This document shows, piece after piece, positions 23,404-36,985 of a stretch of 64,000 nucleotides of DNA. This stretch comes from Eledone cirrhosa (lineage: Eukaryota). Both the position numbers and the translations under genes were made by a program. The stretch's first letter is position 1. Each line of letters opens with the position of its first letter. The notes under the pieces are model-generated. The model was not told where the DNA came from. It saw only the letters and a program-made list of their open reading frames with translations, and did no database searches. The stretch is from the NCBI GenBank assembly GCA_964016885.1, contig OZ024740.1, forward strand, positions 120,528,001 through 120,592,000, written 5' to 3'.

Positions 23404-24703
23404 CCTTGCTTCTGCTGGACATCACCAGAGGGCGATAATTATTTCTGTGTAATTATCGTATATCATCATACTTATTTTCATCATTATCACTAAGATTGTC
23501 ATCATCATTGTTGCTATCATTATTCCGTTCATACAACCTTTCAATTTTAGTTTATTGCTTATAAAATGTAAGAAAGCAGTACACTATGTTTTTCTCGATT
23601 TTGCATGCTTATATCAAAAATATATATATAATATAAAGAAGATAAATGGAAAGATAAAATCCTTTGTTGTCAGAAAAAAATTGTGTGTGAATAATGGCTT
23701 TGTAGTATAAAACTCACACAAAAATACAAGACATGGGAAAATGTATAAAATGCTACAAAGAGCTTGGTTAGGTAGATTAACTATATTCTATCTTTGTTTT
23801 AGTATCATTTGCTTTGGGTATGTGGGCTTCTTCTATGAGCTGTACTAGTCTTTGATACTCCAGTGAACTGATTATATGATCAAACATTGATACTATTAAG
23901 TAATAGCATCAATGTAGCACATGTAGTTGATACAGTTGATGATAAATAGAATACTGGATGGTTTAGTTATCAATGTTCTTACTTAGTCTACATAATCTTT
24001 ATGAAGACAAGACATATTTTATTCTTTTAAACTTCTGAAGTGAACTATATATACTTTCAGAGGTCAATATTTACATTTTCTTATGATAATCATTATTATT
24101 TTCAGTTTCCCATGTTGCTTTTACTTGTAACCTTCTTTTATCATTGATACTACCTTATTTTCTTTTATGTATCTGGATGAAATAATATATTTCATTCTGG
24201 TTTATTACATTATAAGGTTTTTGTGACAAGGTTTGCACTAGCTACAATTAACCTTCACCTTACAGCATTTTTCTGCATGTGTCCAGTCTAAAAGAAGTAC
24301 ATCATGTCATATGTAGCAGCCAAAAAGGTTAGCACCAGGAAGAGAATCTGAGTGTAAAACATCTCCTCAAAATGAACCCCATGATGAGTATGATGCCTGC
24401 AATGAGCCCATAAGGCTAACCTCTGCACTTGAGCACTGTACACAATAATTTTCATTATTAATTAGTAGTAAATATGGCATTACAATGCCTCACACTGTTA
24501 TGTTACATTATTGTCAGCTAATTGTAGGCTATCTCTACATCTTACTACTGAAAGAATGAACACCCTGAGAATCATACAAGAAATTACACATTTACATTCA
24601 GGAAATTTATAAATGATGTTGCCAAAATATCTATCAAAAAGTAATACGATAAACAATTTAAAGGTTTAGTAAATTATGTAGACATACATGCAGAATATTT
24701 TGC

Positions 24704-24970
24704 TTAACCCTTTTTGTATTTACATTATTGTAAATGGGACAAACCCATCTAACCCATGCTAGTGTGGAAGATGATGATAATGATTATTATTCTATATTTA
24801 CTATTGTATTTTCACAGTAAAGGCTTTATCTTATATAATTATATGACATAATACCGGATCTACCAGATTTTGATGTTATTTGTTTTGCAAACAATACGTT
24901 AATGTAAGTATGAGTGGCCAGTTACAGCCGGTTTAAACAGGAAGAGATAAGAGAGTTCTGGCCAGTTTAA
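24704..24970 (-). mobile_element. Older, inverted copy of the piggyBac-like MITE, interrupted by a ~55-bp RTE-tail insertion
   Basis: Starts TTAA-CCCTTT. 24787-24964 is a diverged reverse complement of 24999-25177. 24730-24785 is acccatctaacccatgctagtgtggaagatgatgat. Confidence 0.7.
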
Positions 24971-25192
24971 CCCTTTAGCATTTAAACCGGCCATATCCGG
25001 CCAGAATTCTTTCACCTCTTTCCATTCAAACCAGCTGTAACCAGCTGCTTATGCTGAATTTAAAGTATTGTTCTCAAAATAAATAATATCAAAATCTCAT
25101 AGATTTGATATTATGTGAGATAATTGTATGAGGTATAGCCTTAGCCATGAAAAATACAATAGTATATATAGAGTAATATAAATGCTATAGGG
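24971..25192 (+). mobile_element. piggyBac-like MITE
   Basis: TTAA|CCCTTTAGCATTT ... AAATGCTATAGGG|TTAA: 13-bp TIR with one mismatch and TTAA TSDs. Confidence 0.85.
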
Positions 25193-25412
25193 TTAAGGTA
25201 ATTTGGTCTCAAATTACCAATAGTAAAACAAATATTCAAGTTAGACTAGACTTCATAACTCAAGTACAAATCTCCCCAGCTACAAGCATTTCAATTTTCA
25301 TGAATTTATTTCTGTAAGAAATACAGATATACTTCAAATTTTATATCTATTTCCTAGTTTTTTGATCACTTATACTAATGTATTAACAGAACTCATTACT
25401 GTATGAAATCAT

Positions 25413-25600
25413 GGCGGTGGATTGGCAGTATCGGTAGAGAGTCGGACGCCATGCTTTCCAGCATAGTTACGTCCCTTTACGATCTGAGTTCAAATCCCGC
25501 CGAGGTTGACTTTGCCTTTCATCCTTACGGGGTCGATAAAATAAAGTACCAGTAATGCACTGGATAATTGCTGGCCTTGTGCCTAATGTAGAAACAATTA
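25413..25600 (+). mobile_element. Full-length tRNA-derived SINE (4059 family) with TSD
   Basis: ggcggtggattggcagtatcgg...gaaacaatta. TSD attactgtat(g/t)aaatc at 25395-25410 and 25597-25612. Confidence 0.92.
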
Positions 25601-25687
25601 CTGTATTAAATCTAGAGAAATTAAAAAAGATAATTTGTTCTCAGAAGTATGTGAAACCAGTAAAATTTTAAAAGACCAGCAGGAAGA

Positions 25688-26090
25688 TCATCATCATCAT
25701 CGTTTAACGTCGATCTTCCACGCTAGCATGGGTCTAGATGGGAATTGTCCCACTTGAGGCAAGAGTGGTTGTCCTGCTCGTATAGGACTGTCTGGCGGGT
25801 TTTCTATGGCTGGATGCCCTTCCTAACACCAACCACGGTTACAGTGTGGACTGGGAGGTGTTTACCGTGTTACCTACATGGCCACATTACAGCGTGGACT
25901 GTTTTTTTTTTGTCGTGACACCTATACGACCTCATTTATTTAGGACTGGACGTAGCGGTACCAACATAACTTTACAGTGAAAGGGGTGGTGTAGATGGGG
26001 TGGGGTGGGTTAGATTGGGGTGTATTTTGGTTAAGGGGTGCCTACTGACTGTACGTTTCGCTTTGTACTTAGGCAAGGCGGGTTATCTGT
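25688..26090 (-). mobile_element. RTE subfamily B 3' UTR fragment
   Basis: Reverse complement of the 3' region at 55330-55840, including the (CAT)n tail. Confidence 0.85.
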
Positions 26091-27258
26091 ATATAGAATA
26101 AAAATAAGAACTATGTAATATTGAAAAATACAAAAGTTTTATTTTTGTCTAGAGTGCAGAATTTCCCTTACATCATTAAAGGTTAAACAGTGATGACAAA
26201 TATTACTTTTGAGAACCATGTAAACATCAGTATCACAGAACAGATAAAATACTGTTAATATCAAGTTCTTTTGAATTTTTAATAGATTCTTGCATTTTTA
26301 ATATATCAATATATAATCAATACTAAGAATATACAAACAGTAAGAAAAGTAGTTAACAAGAACTTGACAGATGAGATAATGATCATCAGATGAACACTTA
26401 GTTCTACATAGTATTAGGACTGATATTACTGAACATCAGGAGATTGAAAAGTAATATTGTTCTTGGCAGGATTTGAAATGGATAAGTATTATACTGAACA
26501 ATTTGTTTTGTCAATGGATCAGTCCAAAAAATATTAGCCCATTGAGCTGTTGGAAAAATCCTTCCAATAATTAATGCACTAATGAAGATGAGGGACCGCT
26601 CTCTCATTGAATACAAATTTAGTCTATCACATGTAACTTTGCCATACGTTCTCACACCCACTTCCTTCAGTTTACTTAACTGAAGCATGTTGAATTGTAT
26701 TCAGCAGGAAAGTTCAGTTGAAAAAGCTGACAGTGGATTTGAAATTTTGAAGCCTCCTATGAAATGAAATTTCAGGAAGACATTGTCCTATTGGCTACTT
26801 CAACACTTCTTAATCTAACTTTAAATTTAATAGTAAAGTGAGTGTGTGCTCAGATATTTAATGAAGTGAACCAAGAAATTTTGTTGATCTGAGAATGCGT
26901 ACAGTAAAGTGACATCCCCCACTCTCACAACACACAATCCCAATGATATATATAATTTTTACATCTACTCCTCCATGCCGGTTTGGGTTTTGAGGAAATG
27001 TTTTGCAAGCAGATGCCCTCCCAGCTGCAAAGCCTTATTGATATAAGGATGCACATGGTAAACTGATGCATTGACACAAATATTCTACATTTCTTTACAG
27101 TTTCCACTTGCTAAATTCCTTTAAAAAGCATATATAGATATTTCACACGTGTTTGTGTGTGTATGGGGGGGGGGGGGGGGGGGGGCACACATACACAAAC
27201 TCACACAAAAATGCACCATTAGCAAATATTTTAAGGTGTTGACAATAACTATTGTCAG

Positions 27259-27720
27259 GAGACTATAGGGATAGATCAGTGCATTGTTATTTTGCCAACC
27301 AATTTAAACTATTTTACCAGAGCTACACTGAAGAGGAGACTATAGGGATAGATCAGTGCATTGTTATTTTGCCAACCAATTTAAACTATTTTACCAGAGC
27401 TACACTGAAGAGGAGACTATAGGGATAGATCAGTGCATTGTTATTTTGCCAACCAATTTAAACTATTTTACCAGAGCTACACTGAAGAGGAGACTATAGG
27501 GATAGATCAGTGCATTGTTATTTTGCCAACCAATTTAAACTATTTTACCAGAGCTACACTGAAGAGGAGACTATAGGGATAGATCAGTGCATTGTTATTT
27601 TGCCAACCAATTTAAACTATTTTACCAGAGCTACACTGAAGAGGAGACTATAGGGATAGATCAGTGCATTGTTATTTTGCCAACCAATTTAAACTATTTT
27701 ACCAGAGCTACACTGAAGAG
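27259..27720. repeat. Perfect tandem array, 6 x 77 bp
   Basis: Unit gagactatagggatagatcagtgcattgttattttgccaaccaatttaaactattttaccagagctacactgaagag repeated six times with no visible mismatch. Confidence 0.97.
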
Positions 27721-28626
27721 TAAATTTGAATTAATTCTATTTACATTGACTTTTCTTCTTTGCATATTAGGGAACTGGGAATATTTTACAATGCTGAGGA
27801 CATTCTCCATTCGACACACATTGCAAATAACTCTTCATTAAACGTTCATTTAATGTCTTTCCATTCTAATATTTTCTACAATCATTTATATTTTCCTTTA
27901 TTTTTTTAAATACCACCTTTTGTATTGTTTTTATTCTTTAGCCACAAAACTAAAATTATTTCAGACATATTCTAATTTACTTGTCAGATTTATTCAGGAA
28001 AGGAAGAAGGAAAAAATTATGAATTAATGAAAAGCTTTTTTTTCTTCTCAGTTTGTTTAACACTCATCCTGCATTCTTCTATTTTTGATGAGTGATAGCT
28101 GTGATCTTTCTTGGTCACCATTTCAAGCTACAACTATGCTGTGTTCAGCTTGGCATTGTCCACCACTATTGTTCTCTTGTCAGTTTAAAAGTATTTGTTT
28201 ATGAAATGTATTTTTGCAAAATATGGAGGGGGGAGAAGAGAAAATGAAAACAAACTACTACAAAATGTGAAAATACTTAATCATTTTTGACACAAACTCT
28301 CTAGGAAATACCTTTTGAAACAATTTTCAGGAATCAAAGTCTGCTAGCCCTGCCAATACATATTAGATGAACAACTGTGACATTGTGATAACAATGGTAA
28401 ATAGTAATAAAAAGGAAAAATGATGATATTAATAATAATGATTATAGGGATGATGATGATGAGTCAGCAGATATATAAATATGATGGATTACTTCTGTAA
28501 TACAAGAAACCTTCTGCTTATTTTTATCAATTCTCATATGCACTATGTTTAAGAATATAGTCACAATGCTTGGAAAGAAGTCACTGTGTGGGTATATTTT
28601 TCTTAGCATATATTGAACATGTATCT

Positions 28627-28667
<41 letters not shown>

Positions 28668-29179
28668 ATCTAACAAGATTTAAAGGAATTGGGTAAGTTC
28701 GAAAATTTGAAATTTATTTGCTGTTGTAATAAAATGCTGCCATAATTCACATAATGGGTATGAAGTAATCGAATAATTCAGGTAAATATTCCTTGGAGAA
28801 AGATTATTCAACTATTTTCTGGTGTTTTTTTGAATTGTGGCTGCTTTTCATAATAAAAACAATATATATATATGTATGTATGTATATTGCCTATTCAATG
28901 TTGTTGGCATTGCCACTATCAGCATATATCTATTTTTTAATGTTGGCTTATGTTATGGTAATAAAATATACCTCAACTGTGATTGCATGAATGAACCAGC
29001 TGTATTTATTTAATATTTCACCTGTCCTTATTTCGGTAAAATAGGACAACTTGACCCCTCACAAATATAACCGATCTGTTGATTTCCTCAAATAAAAAAT
29101 TGTTCATGAAAGTTACTACCACTATACTTTCTCCAATATTTACTCTTCAATATAGCAATCATCTAAAAGAATCATTTAA

Positions 29180-29450
29180 AAGAAGTTTTCATATTTATCT
29201 CAAATTTTACATGTTTTTCCCTGCTTGCAGTGACCTTTACAAGTCTCTTTCCTTCATCATCTTCTTTGTGAGATTCAGCTTACTGCAATTAACTCGGTTC
29301 TCTTCTGCCCATGCAATATTTGGTCTATCAATGCCACCTCCTTCTTGAATGTGGAACTACTGGCATTCTTCAGTCAATAATCATCATCCATACACATGAA
29401 AATGCCCCCTTCACTTTTGCACACTATATCTGATTCCTCTACTACCTAAG
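29180..29450 (-). mobile_element. Highly decayed RTE 3' remnant
   Basis: tctgcccatgcaatatttggtctatc...ctggcattcttcagtcaataatcatcatccatacacat resembles 7790-7900. Confidence 0.45.
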
Positions 29451-31805
29451 ACAAGTTTCAAATTATTTGACCTGGCTGCAATCATTTTAGTAAGTATATC
29501 TATGAAAAGTAATTACCAATAGCAATGAGAATTAATAAATACAAAACTACTAAAAATGTTAAGTGATTTATATCTTGTACATTAAAACCTTTAAATAAAG
29601 TGATCATAGTCTACAATAATTGGGTTTAGTCAGTTTAGAAACATGATGCTAAATAATTACATTTCATCTAATGTCCATCTGTATTCTATAGTCTTACTGT
29701 TAGTCATATTAATCAATGCTTTAATAGTTTGAACTAGTCTGTAGATGTTAAAATGTCGTAAGGCAAATATATTGTGATTTAAAACTTTGAACATCAGATT
29801 TATTACTAGTGATTGGCTGTATTACTGAGCAACAAAGCTTAACTTATTTGTGAATACTGTGATAATTTTAGATATCTGTAGTTATTAAACTATCAAGATG
29901 TTTTATGACAACTACTGATTATGAGTATATTTCAAGCAACCAGCTTCTAATGAACACTGGTTAACATCAACAAGATAGTAATGAAATATCTCCAACAAAG
30001 TATGGCACAATTAAATTTTATATCAGTTATTTCCAAGTTAACTGAAGTTGAATCACGTAAATATTTTCCTATAATACTTTACATCACTAGTGATTTAAGG
30101 GCAATGAATTGACAGAACCATATGTATGTCACATTAAATGTGGCATCTTTTTTTCTAACTATCTCTGCTCTCTGTTCAAATCCTTCCAATGTAAAATCAG
30201 TATTTTATACAGTCAGTGTTTGATAAACAAAGTACCTGAACATGTTAGAGTATCAGACATAATGCCTTGCATCCTGTCTTTTGGCTTATTGCATTCCCAG
30301 AACACCTGCAATGAAACAATTGCTAAGATGTATCAGCTCTTACTTTTCTCCTGGAAATCATTGGTGACAGACAGAGAGAAAGAGTAGATTTACATGCATG
30401 GGCACTGCTTGTCTTTCACAAAAACACATTCCCAGCTCTGTCCCTTCAAGAGGAACTTTCTGGCTGCAAATACATAATCTCAGGCATTGGTTTAGGTTTA
30501 AGCAAATCAGACCAATTGGTCCTATCAGAGTCCTGTGCAGGAGTAATCTACTCTCATATCATCAAGCACTAAGAAAAATACCTTGCAATATTCATCTAAC
30601 ACACAGTAGGGCCGTGCACCTCCCAAGGTTAAAAAAATATGCAGAGCATGCAAAGTGCTTCACATATATAATTATATGATAAGATAAATTTAATAGTGAT
30701 TTTTGTGGTTGGGCACCACCATAAAAATAATTTCTTGCTTAATAGCTCAAAGATTGATAACGATTTTTAATATTATATCACATTATTTTCCCTATTAACT
30801 AAACTAAGAAGCTGTAGCATTAATTTAATGAATAAGCTCATCTTATGCTTGAAAACCTATGGAGGTCCATTCCATACCTCAAAAAAGGGATCATATTATT
30901 CTCATACCATATATCAACTGTTACGTATTTTCTAATATAGTAATTTTAAGGCTTAACATTTTCAAATATGGTGAAGATATATCATAAAATATGTTCTAAA
31001 TTGTTCTAACAAATATTAATCATGTTTAAGCTTAGATAAAAAATTTAAACTTTACTTTTCATGAGCATTGCTGCAAGTATGGTGAAAATATAGAACAGGA
31101 AATGAAGCCAAACAATAACTATAAAAATATTTTCATTAAATCGAGAGAACATATGAGTACTAGGAGTATTACTATTGACATATAAGCAAATTTATTTTGG
31201 TTTGGGGAAAGATTTAAACACTTTTGTTACAACCACCTTGTCTGGAAGTGCTTTTAGTGGAGTCCACATTGATGCAACTACTTATCGTAGTCAGTCTGAA
31301 GATAACTTATTTTCCTTCCTATTGGAAGCCATGAAAAGGGTCATGAATGGTACACTGCTTCTCTGAGAGAACCACTAAATTAGCCACCTTCTCTAGAGTT
31401 TAGATTATATTACACCTATGAGTCCTTTTAATACCAAACCACCCAAAACTGAATCTGGTTCAATATTATGAGACCATTTAATTCATAGTTTTGGCTTGCC
31501 TCAAAAATTTCTATTGAACCTTGTGATGTGTAACAAATTGTCACACTTGGGATACATTGAAGTTCGCTTTTGTTTTGTTTTCCCTCTTTTTATTTATTTC
31601 TCACACACTGATCTTATATTTTGGTGCATTAAATAGTAAAGTTCCTAACAATAGTTAATTGCATTTATTATCTGTGTTTATATTTTCATTCTGAAAAAAT
31701 TGTGAACAATTTGTAATGTTATTTATACAACAGAGAATAAAATTTTTATTCTACGCAAAAAGAAAAATATATATTTATATAAAAACTTCCTTCATTATAT
31801 ATATC

Positions 31806-31985
31806 GGTGGATTGGCAGTATCGGTAGAAGGTCGGACACCATGCTTTCTAACATAGTTACGTCCCTTTATGGTCTGAGTTCAAATCCCGTCAAGGTTAAC
31901 TTTGTCTTTCATCCTTACGGGGTCGATAAAATAAGTACCAGTAATGCACTGGGTATTTCCTGGCCTTGTGCCAAAAATAGAAACA

Positions 31986-31990
<5 letters not shown>
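31806..31990 (+). mobile_element. tRNA-derived SINE (4059 family) inserted at attatatata
   Basis: cggtggattggcagtatcggtag...agaaacaatt, flanked by attatatatat on both sides. Confidence 0.9.
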
Positions 31991-32016
<26 letters not shown>

Positions 32017-32935
32017 TCCTATAATTATGAATATATTTATATGTTTGTATGTGTCCATGCGAGCATGGGTGTGTACATGTATGTGTCTTATGCCATTAGG
32101 TTTATGACCTAAAATATAGTGTTATTTTTGTTGTGTTCATTTAATTTTCCAACTCACTAGTTCAACAAATAAGAGATCGATAAAATAAGTACCAGACTGA
32201 AATAAGTATGGAAGTTGACATGATGAACTAAAACCTTGAAGATAGGACCACTGCATGCCTGCAGTCCAATATCTAAAAGTCATAAAAGTATAAAAGAAAA
32301 ACCAACATGTAAATATGTTTTAAGCTGACATAGCAAAAACCCTTTGATATATTTTATAACTTTGTGAATTAATCCTAAAGACAAACTCTCAATGTGAAGG
32401 AGGTAACTAATTTAGAAGTAGGAAACATAATCGGATCAAAGATCAAAGTGACAAGACACTTATTAAATATTGATGGACACAACATAAGAAAATAGTAAAT
32501 AATAATTTTTCTTTTTTTTTTGTCAGCCACTGGAACCTAATATGTTGGGGACAATAACAGGATAAAACATGACAGAGTGGGGATTTTGTTCAAGTAAAAT
32601 GAAGGTAACAATGGCAATATCTACAGGCAGGGTTGGCACTTTTAACCAACTAGACAGTTACCTACTGTGCAGACCGGAAAGAGTAGCATTACTGAACCTT
32701 AAAGGAAAATTGCACAATTAAAGTGGAAATAAAATAATTTCTCGTGATCAATAAATAAATGGTTAAAGTTATTTACTGTGTGACAACATTGTGAAAATAT
32801 CTAGAATGATGGAGAGGTTCGTATTGTGTTCTGAACTGTTATATGATTTGTCATGGGTGAGTGTGAACTGTTTAGTAGAAAATGCAGTCTTAGTGTAGTG
32901 AGAGCAGAAAGCAGCAAAAAGCGACTTCATCAACT

Positions 32936-33672
32936 TGTAGCGAAATCTGTCTGCGCCTTGAACTTTGGGTGATACCTAAAGGTTAAATTCTAGGTCAACA
33001 CCCTTTTGGTGTAAACAGGTTGATGCGTTGGCTATCCCCTCAAGGTGGGGAAACAGGAAGCGATAGCTATATAAAGCCTATATTTTCCCACTTTACACAC
33101 AGAGACATCGGAGCGATAGGATACACAACTATGTAAAGATTAACCACTAACTTCAAACCCCAGAGGTCTACAGAAAAGCCAGAGACATCGGAGCATTACG
33201 CTAGCATCTAACTATGTAAGGATTCACCACTATCAACAGACCCCATGAGGTCTACAGATACACACAGACAGAGATTGGAGCCCTACTACTACAGACCATG
33301 TACAAGCCACAGTGGTCTACCACCAATTACTGACCATTCAGAGATATACAAACCATATCTCTCTTACTAACTATGGTCTCACAACTACTACCATGGACTC
33401 CAAATTCCAACAACAATTATCTGGCGCTCGCCCTTTTCACAACAACAACAATTATCTGTCGCTCGCTGTTTTCACACCAACAACAACAACAGCCTCACAT
33501 CAACAACAAAATAATATTGTCAATCTTTGCAATTATGGTAACTTGTTTATTGTACTTTTTAATTGATTCAGGTGAAGTAAACCATATATAAACAAAATCA
33601 TTTATTCTTCATATTTTCGTTATTACATTTCTTCCTATTATACTTTTTTATAATCATATCTAAATAACTACA
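32936..33672 (+). mobile_element. Solo-LTR-like unit
   Basis: TGTAG...CTACA termini, TATATAAA at 33068-33075, internal ~80-bp repeats (agagacatcggagc at 33101 and 33181). No TSD found. Confidence 0.45.
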
Positions 33673-33792
33673 TATAACCATCTAACTTCTCATTTATACC
33701 ATTCGTTAAAACTCATCAAACCGAAAATTGAATATAATTTATTTGAAAGAAAGGCATACATAACTAGAAGAAGCAGGTGGGGCAGATATTTT

Positions 33793-33913
33793 AAAGCAGC
33801 AAAAAGCGACTTCATCAACTTGTAGCGAAATCTGTCTGCGCCTTGAACTTTGGGTGATACCTAAAGGTTAAATTCTAGGTCAACACCCTTTTGGTGTAAA
33901 CAGGTTGATGCGT
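33793..33913. repeat. Exact 121-bp direct copy of 32908-33028, followed by a gtaaacaggttg stutter
   Basis: Identical by eye at offset 885. Ends gtaaacaggttgatgc-gtaaacaggttgggt-gtaaacaggttgggc. Confidence 0.92.
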
Positions 33914-34359
33914 AAACAGGTTGGGTGTAAACAGGTTGGGCTCTGATTACAGATAACTGTAATACAATTTCAACAAGAAAAATATCCCCAATAGATAAAA
34001 GAGAGTCACCTAGGATCAATTAACAAACACAAAAGCTATAGCATGTCCCTGACTACCAAGTGTCAGTGTCCTTTTCCAACTATATTTTCTGGCCTACAGG
34101 CATATAATGAGAATATACTCCTAGTCAATCATGTCACAAACTCTTCATTGTAATCTGACCAAGTCTCATAAAACTACATTATAACAAAATGGTGGTTTCT
34201 CAGTATGACACCAGCCCAATGGATCAACCTAGTAAAAAACAGCTGGAGAATGATGATGAATATCTATGTTTATATAAACTCATAGTTTATAGAGAAGTGG
34301 CTATGTGATATTGTGAAGATAAATGTCTTTTGCAAATTCAGAACCAAACAAAATGATAA

Positions 34360-35034
34360 AACCCTTCTGATACTAAATTGCTCAAAACCACCCTTTGGTT
34401 TATGATATGAAATTGTTTATTTTAAAATATTTCAATTCATCAAAAAAATCTTCCTGCACAATTTTACAGAATAACCTTTGTTAAATTATGCTCTAAACAA
34501 CAATTTAATATGGAGAGGGCTTGTTATTTTACTAAATCCCTTTAAATTCTTTATTATTTTGAAAATTGTTTGAACATCATAAGCAGTGTCATTCATTAGA
34601 AATATGGCAGGAAAGGGGTAATGTAGGTCTTGTATTTGATACACTAGGTACCTACTTTCAGAGGAACTTGTCTGACACCAACACAAATGATCACATTATA
34701 TATGATGATGATTTTGGTAGTGGTGATGACGATGAGGACAAAAAACAATGATTAGGGTGAGGATGATGAGAAAAAACTTTATAATTAAGGTTTTTTTTAC
34801 AATACTTTTTATGAAAGTTACAGCCTATAATTTTCAAATAATATTTTAAATAATCTAGAATTTAGAGGGATTTAGTAATACGAAAACCTTTACTATTATT
34901 AAGTTGGTGTCTGGAACATAAAAAAAAAGTTTTTACAAAGAATAATAATAAAATGGTTTTAGATAAATATAAACACTTTAAAACGAATAGTTTTGCATCA
35001 TAGAATGAGAGGCAATTTCAATTAGTTGGGTATC
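34360..35034. mobile_element. Two old MITE copies in inverted orientation (piggyBac-like ends)
   Basis: 34365-34570 is a diverged reverse complement of 34825-35034 (e.g. tactaaatccctttaaattct / agaatttagagggatttagta). The first copy is bounded by aaccctt...aaggggtaa. Confidence 0.5.
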
Positions 35035-36059
35035 ACGAGTGTCAATATGTGTGTGATATGATTCTAACAGAAATTAAAAATATATATGTAAAGCTAATTA
35101 AAAAATAAAACAAGCTTTAAAATATGATGAAAGTAATACAGAAGTATATAAGCATGTAATCAAAAATAATAACTGTAAAAGTTATGAAAAGATGTATTTG
35201 AAAAATTGCTCAAAAAAATAAAATGCTGAAAAGGTAAGACAGCAAGTAAAGTATGAAATATAGTATGGAAAGATGAAAGAGATACAGAAAGAAATAAAGA
35301 TGGATAGATAAAAAGTTATTGTGTGTGTGTTAGTGCATATGTGCTCAATAAAGATGACAGGCAGCCAACCTGTGGAAGCAATGACATTATGTATAAAATA
35401 TAAGCAAGAGAGAGATGGAGTGGGGAAGGAAAATTGACAAGGTTTCCAGAAAGGGAATTAGATAGAGAAGATAGAAGAGGTTAGTACATAAATATATAAG
35501 AAAAAAAGAGAGAGGACAGACTAAAATGGAAAGATCAATAAGAAAAAGAATCAAAACAAAAAGAAATATAAAGAAATGGCAAAGAAGTATGGAAAAAAAT
35601 ACAACAGAAACTATGTGTTTAGTTTACACAAGTCAAATGAAATAGGCAATTGAAAAAGTTGTTCAATATCAGCATGAAATTTAGATGTTTGTTATCAAAA
35701 GAGTTCAATTGTATAAGCTGACAAGATTGTTGTTTGGTGCCGGCATTGAAATCCCTTTCATCTCTGATCTCTTAAACCAACAGCAAAAAAGAAGCAACAG
35801 CACTGGATTGCAATACAACATGAAAGAAAGTGATTTACTTTATTGCCTGTATTTTCTAATTTGTAAACCCTGTTGAGGAAAAAAAATGAAGTCAGAAGGA
35901 AACAAAACAAAAAATAGTTAAATTAACACTAATGTGTGTGTGAAGTTAGCAGTAGCAGTGGTAGCCAGATGTTTAAACTAGCTGCTTCTTAATTTTACAG
36001 TGATCAAATCCTGCTTACGGCATCTATATTTATTGTTAAACACTATCATATATGTCTAA

Positions 36060-36340
36060 AGTCCTTCTCGAGCCCAGAGGCTCATCAAGCCAGTGCTTAT
36101 CCCAGTTTCTGTGGCAGTAAGTGATTGAGAGTGCAAGACTGCCCACTGAACAGGATACCAGTCCATTGAAGGGTTAAATTCTCAGCTACGGGTAGTACTC
36201 ATTTACAGCTGAGTATACTGGAGCAATGTGAGATGAAGCATGTTGCTCAAGAACACAATACACAACACAGTCCAGGAGTCGAACCCATAACATTATGATA
36301 GTAAGTCTAACAACCTTACCACTAGACCACATTCGACCAC
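36060..36340 (-). mobile_element. tRNA-derived SINE with CORE-like centre and non-RTE tail
   Basis: Reverse complement: tggtctagtggtaagg (A box), gggttcgactcc (B box), gttcttgagcaacatgcttcatctcacattgctccagtatactcagctgtaaatgag, gaaactgggataagc...gagcctctgggctcg. Confidence 0.75.
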
Positions 36341-36589
36341 ATTCATATGTCATGCAGGTATTACTATTAAACCTACTAGGCATAATAGTAATGCCTTTAG
36401 ATCTCAGAGGGTTTTATATAAATTTAATAATTAAACTAAATATATAACAATTTCCTGTGGTTGCAGAAATAGTAGCCTATCATGTGGGAACAGTCACTCC
36501 AAATAAATAAGACTTCCTTGGGTAAACATAGGTTCCATAAGTTATAGCAAATATAATTCACCTAGGAGAGCAATTACGCAGAATAATAT

Positions 36590-36985
36590 GGAGGCACATG
36601 GCTTAGTGGTTAGAGCATTGGTCTTGCAATCGAAAGGTTGTGAGTTCAATTCTCAGACCGGGTGATGTGTTGTTTCCTTGAGCAAGACACTTTATTTCAG
36701 ATTGCTCCAGTTTACTCAGCTGTAGAAATGAGATGATAGGGACTGGGTCCCCCTATCATTCCACTGCAAAGTGGTTGTGGAGGTGCCACGGCAAAAAAGC
36801 ACCCAGCCCACACTGTAAAGTGAACGTGTAGGCGCCACGGAAAAAAACGCACCCAGCACTCACTGTAAATGAGGTTGGTGTTAGGAAGGGCATCCAGCTG
36901 TAGAAATCAAGCCAGAATCAGTTCCCCTCCCACCCTTGCAAGCAAGGAAGAGCGGACATAAACATGATGATGAATGATGATGATG
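36590..36985 (+). mobile_element. tRNA-derived SINE with CORE-like centre and RTE-derived (GAT)n tail
   Basis: tggcttagtggttagagc (A box), gagttcaattc (B box), tccttgagcaagacacttt...cagctgtagaaatgag, tail cccacccttgcaagcaaggaagagcggacataaacatgatgat. Confidence 0.82.

Noticed and set aside
26404-26757. Possible minus-strand host exon after a tttcatttcatag acceptor
   Set aside because: All three frames from the acceptor stop early, and the 94-aa ORF has no recognisable homology; needs RNA-seq.
27259-27720. CRISPR-like array
   Set aside because: Units are contiguous and identical with no unique spacers; eukaryotic context; no cas genes.
36590-36665. tRNA gene
   Set aside because: Has A/B boxes but no clean cloverleaf, and continues into a SINE body and RTE tail.
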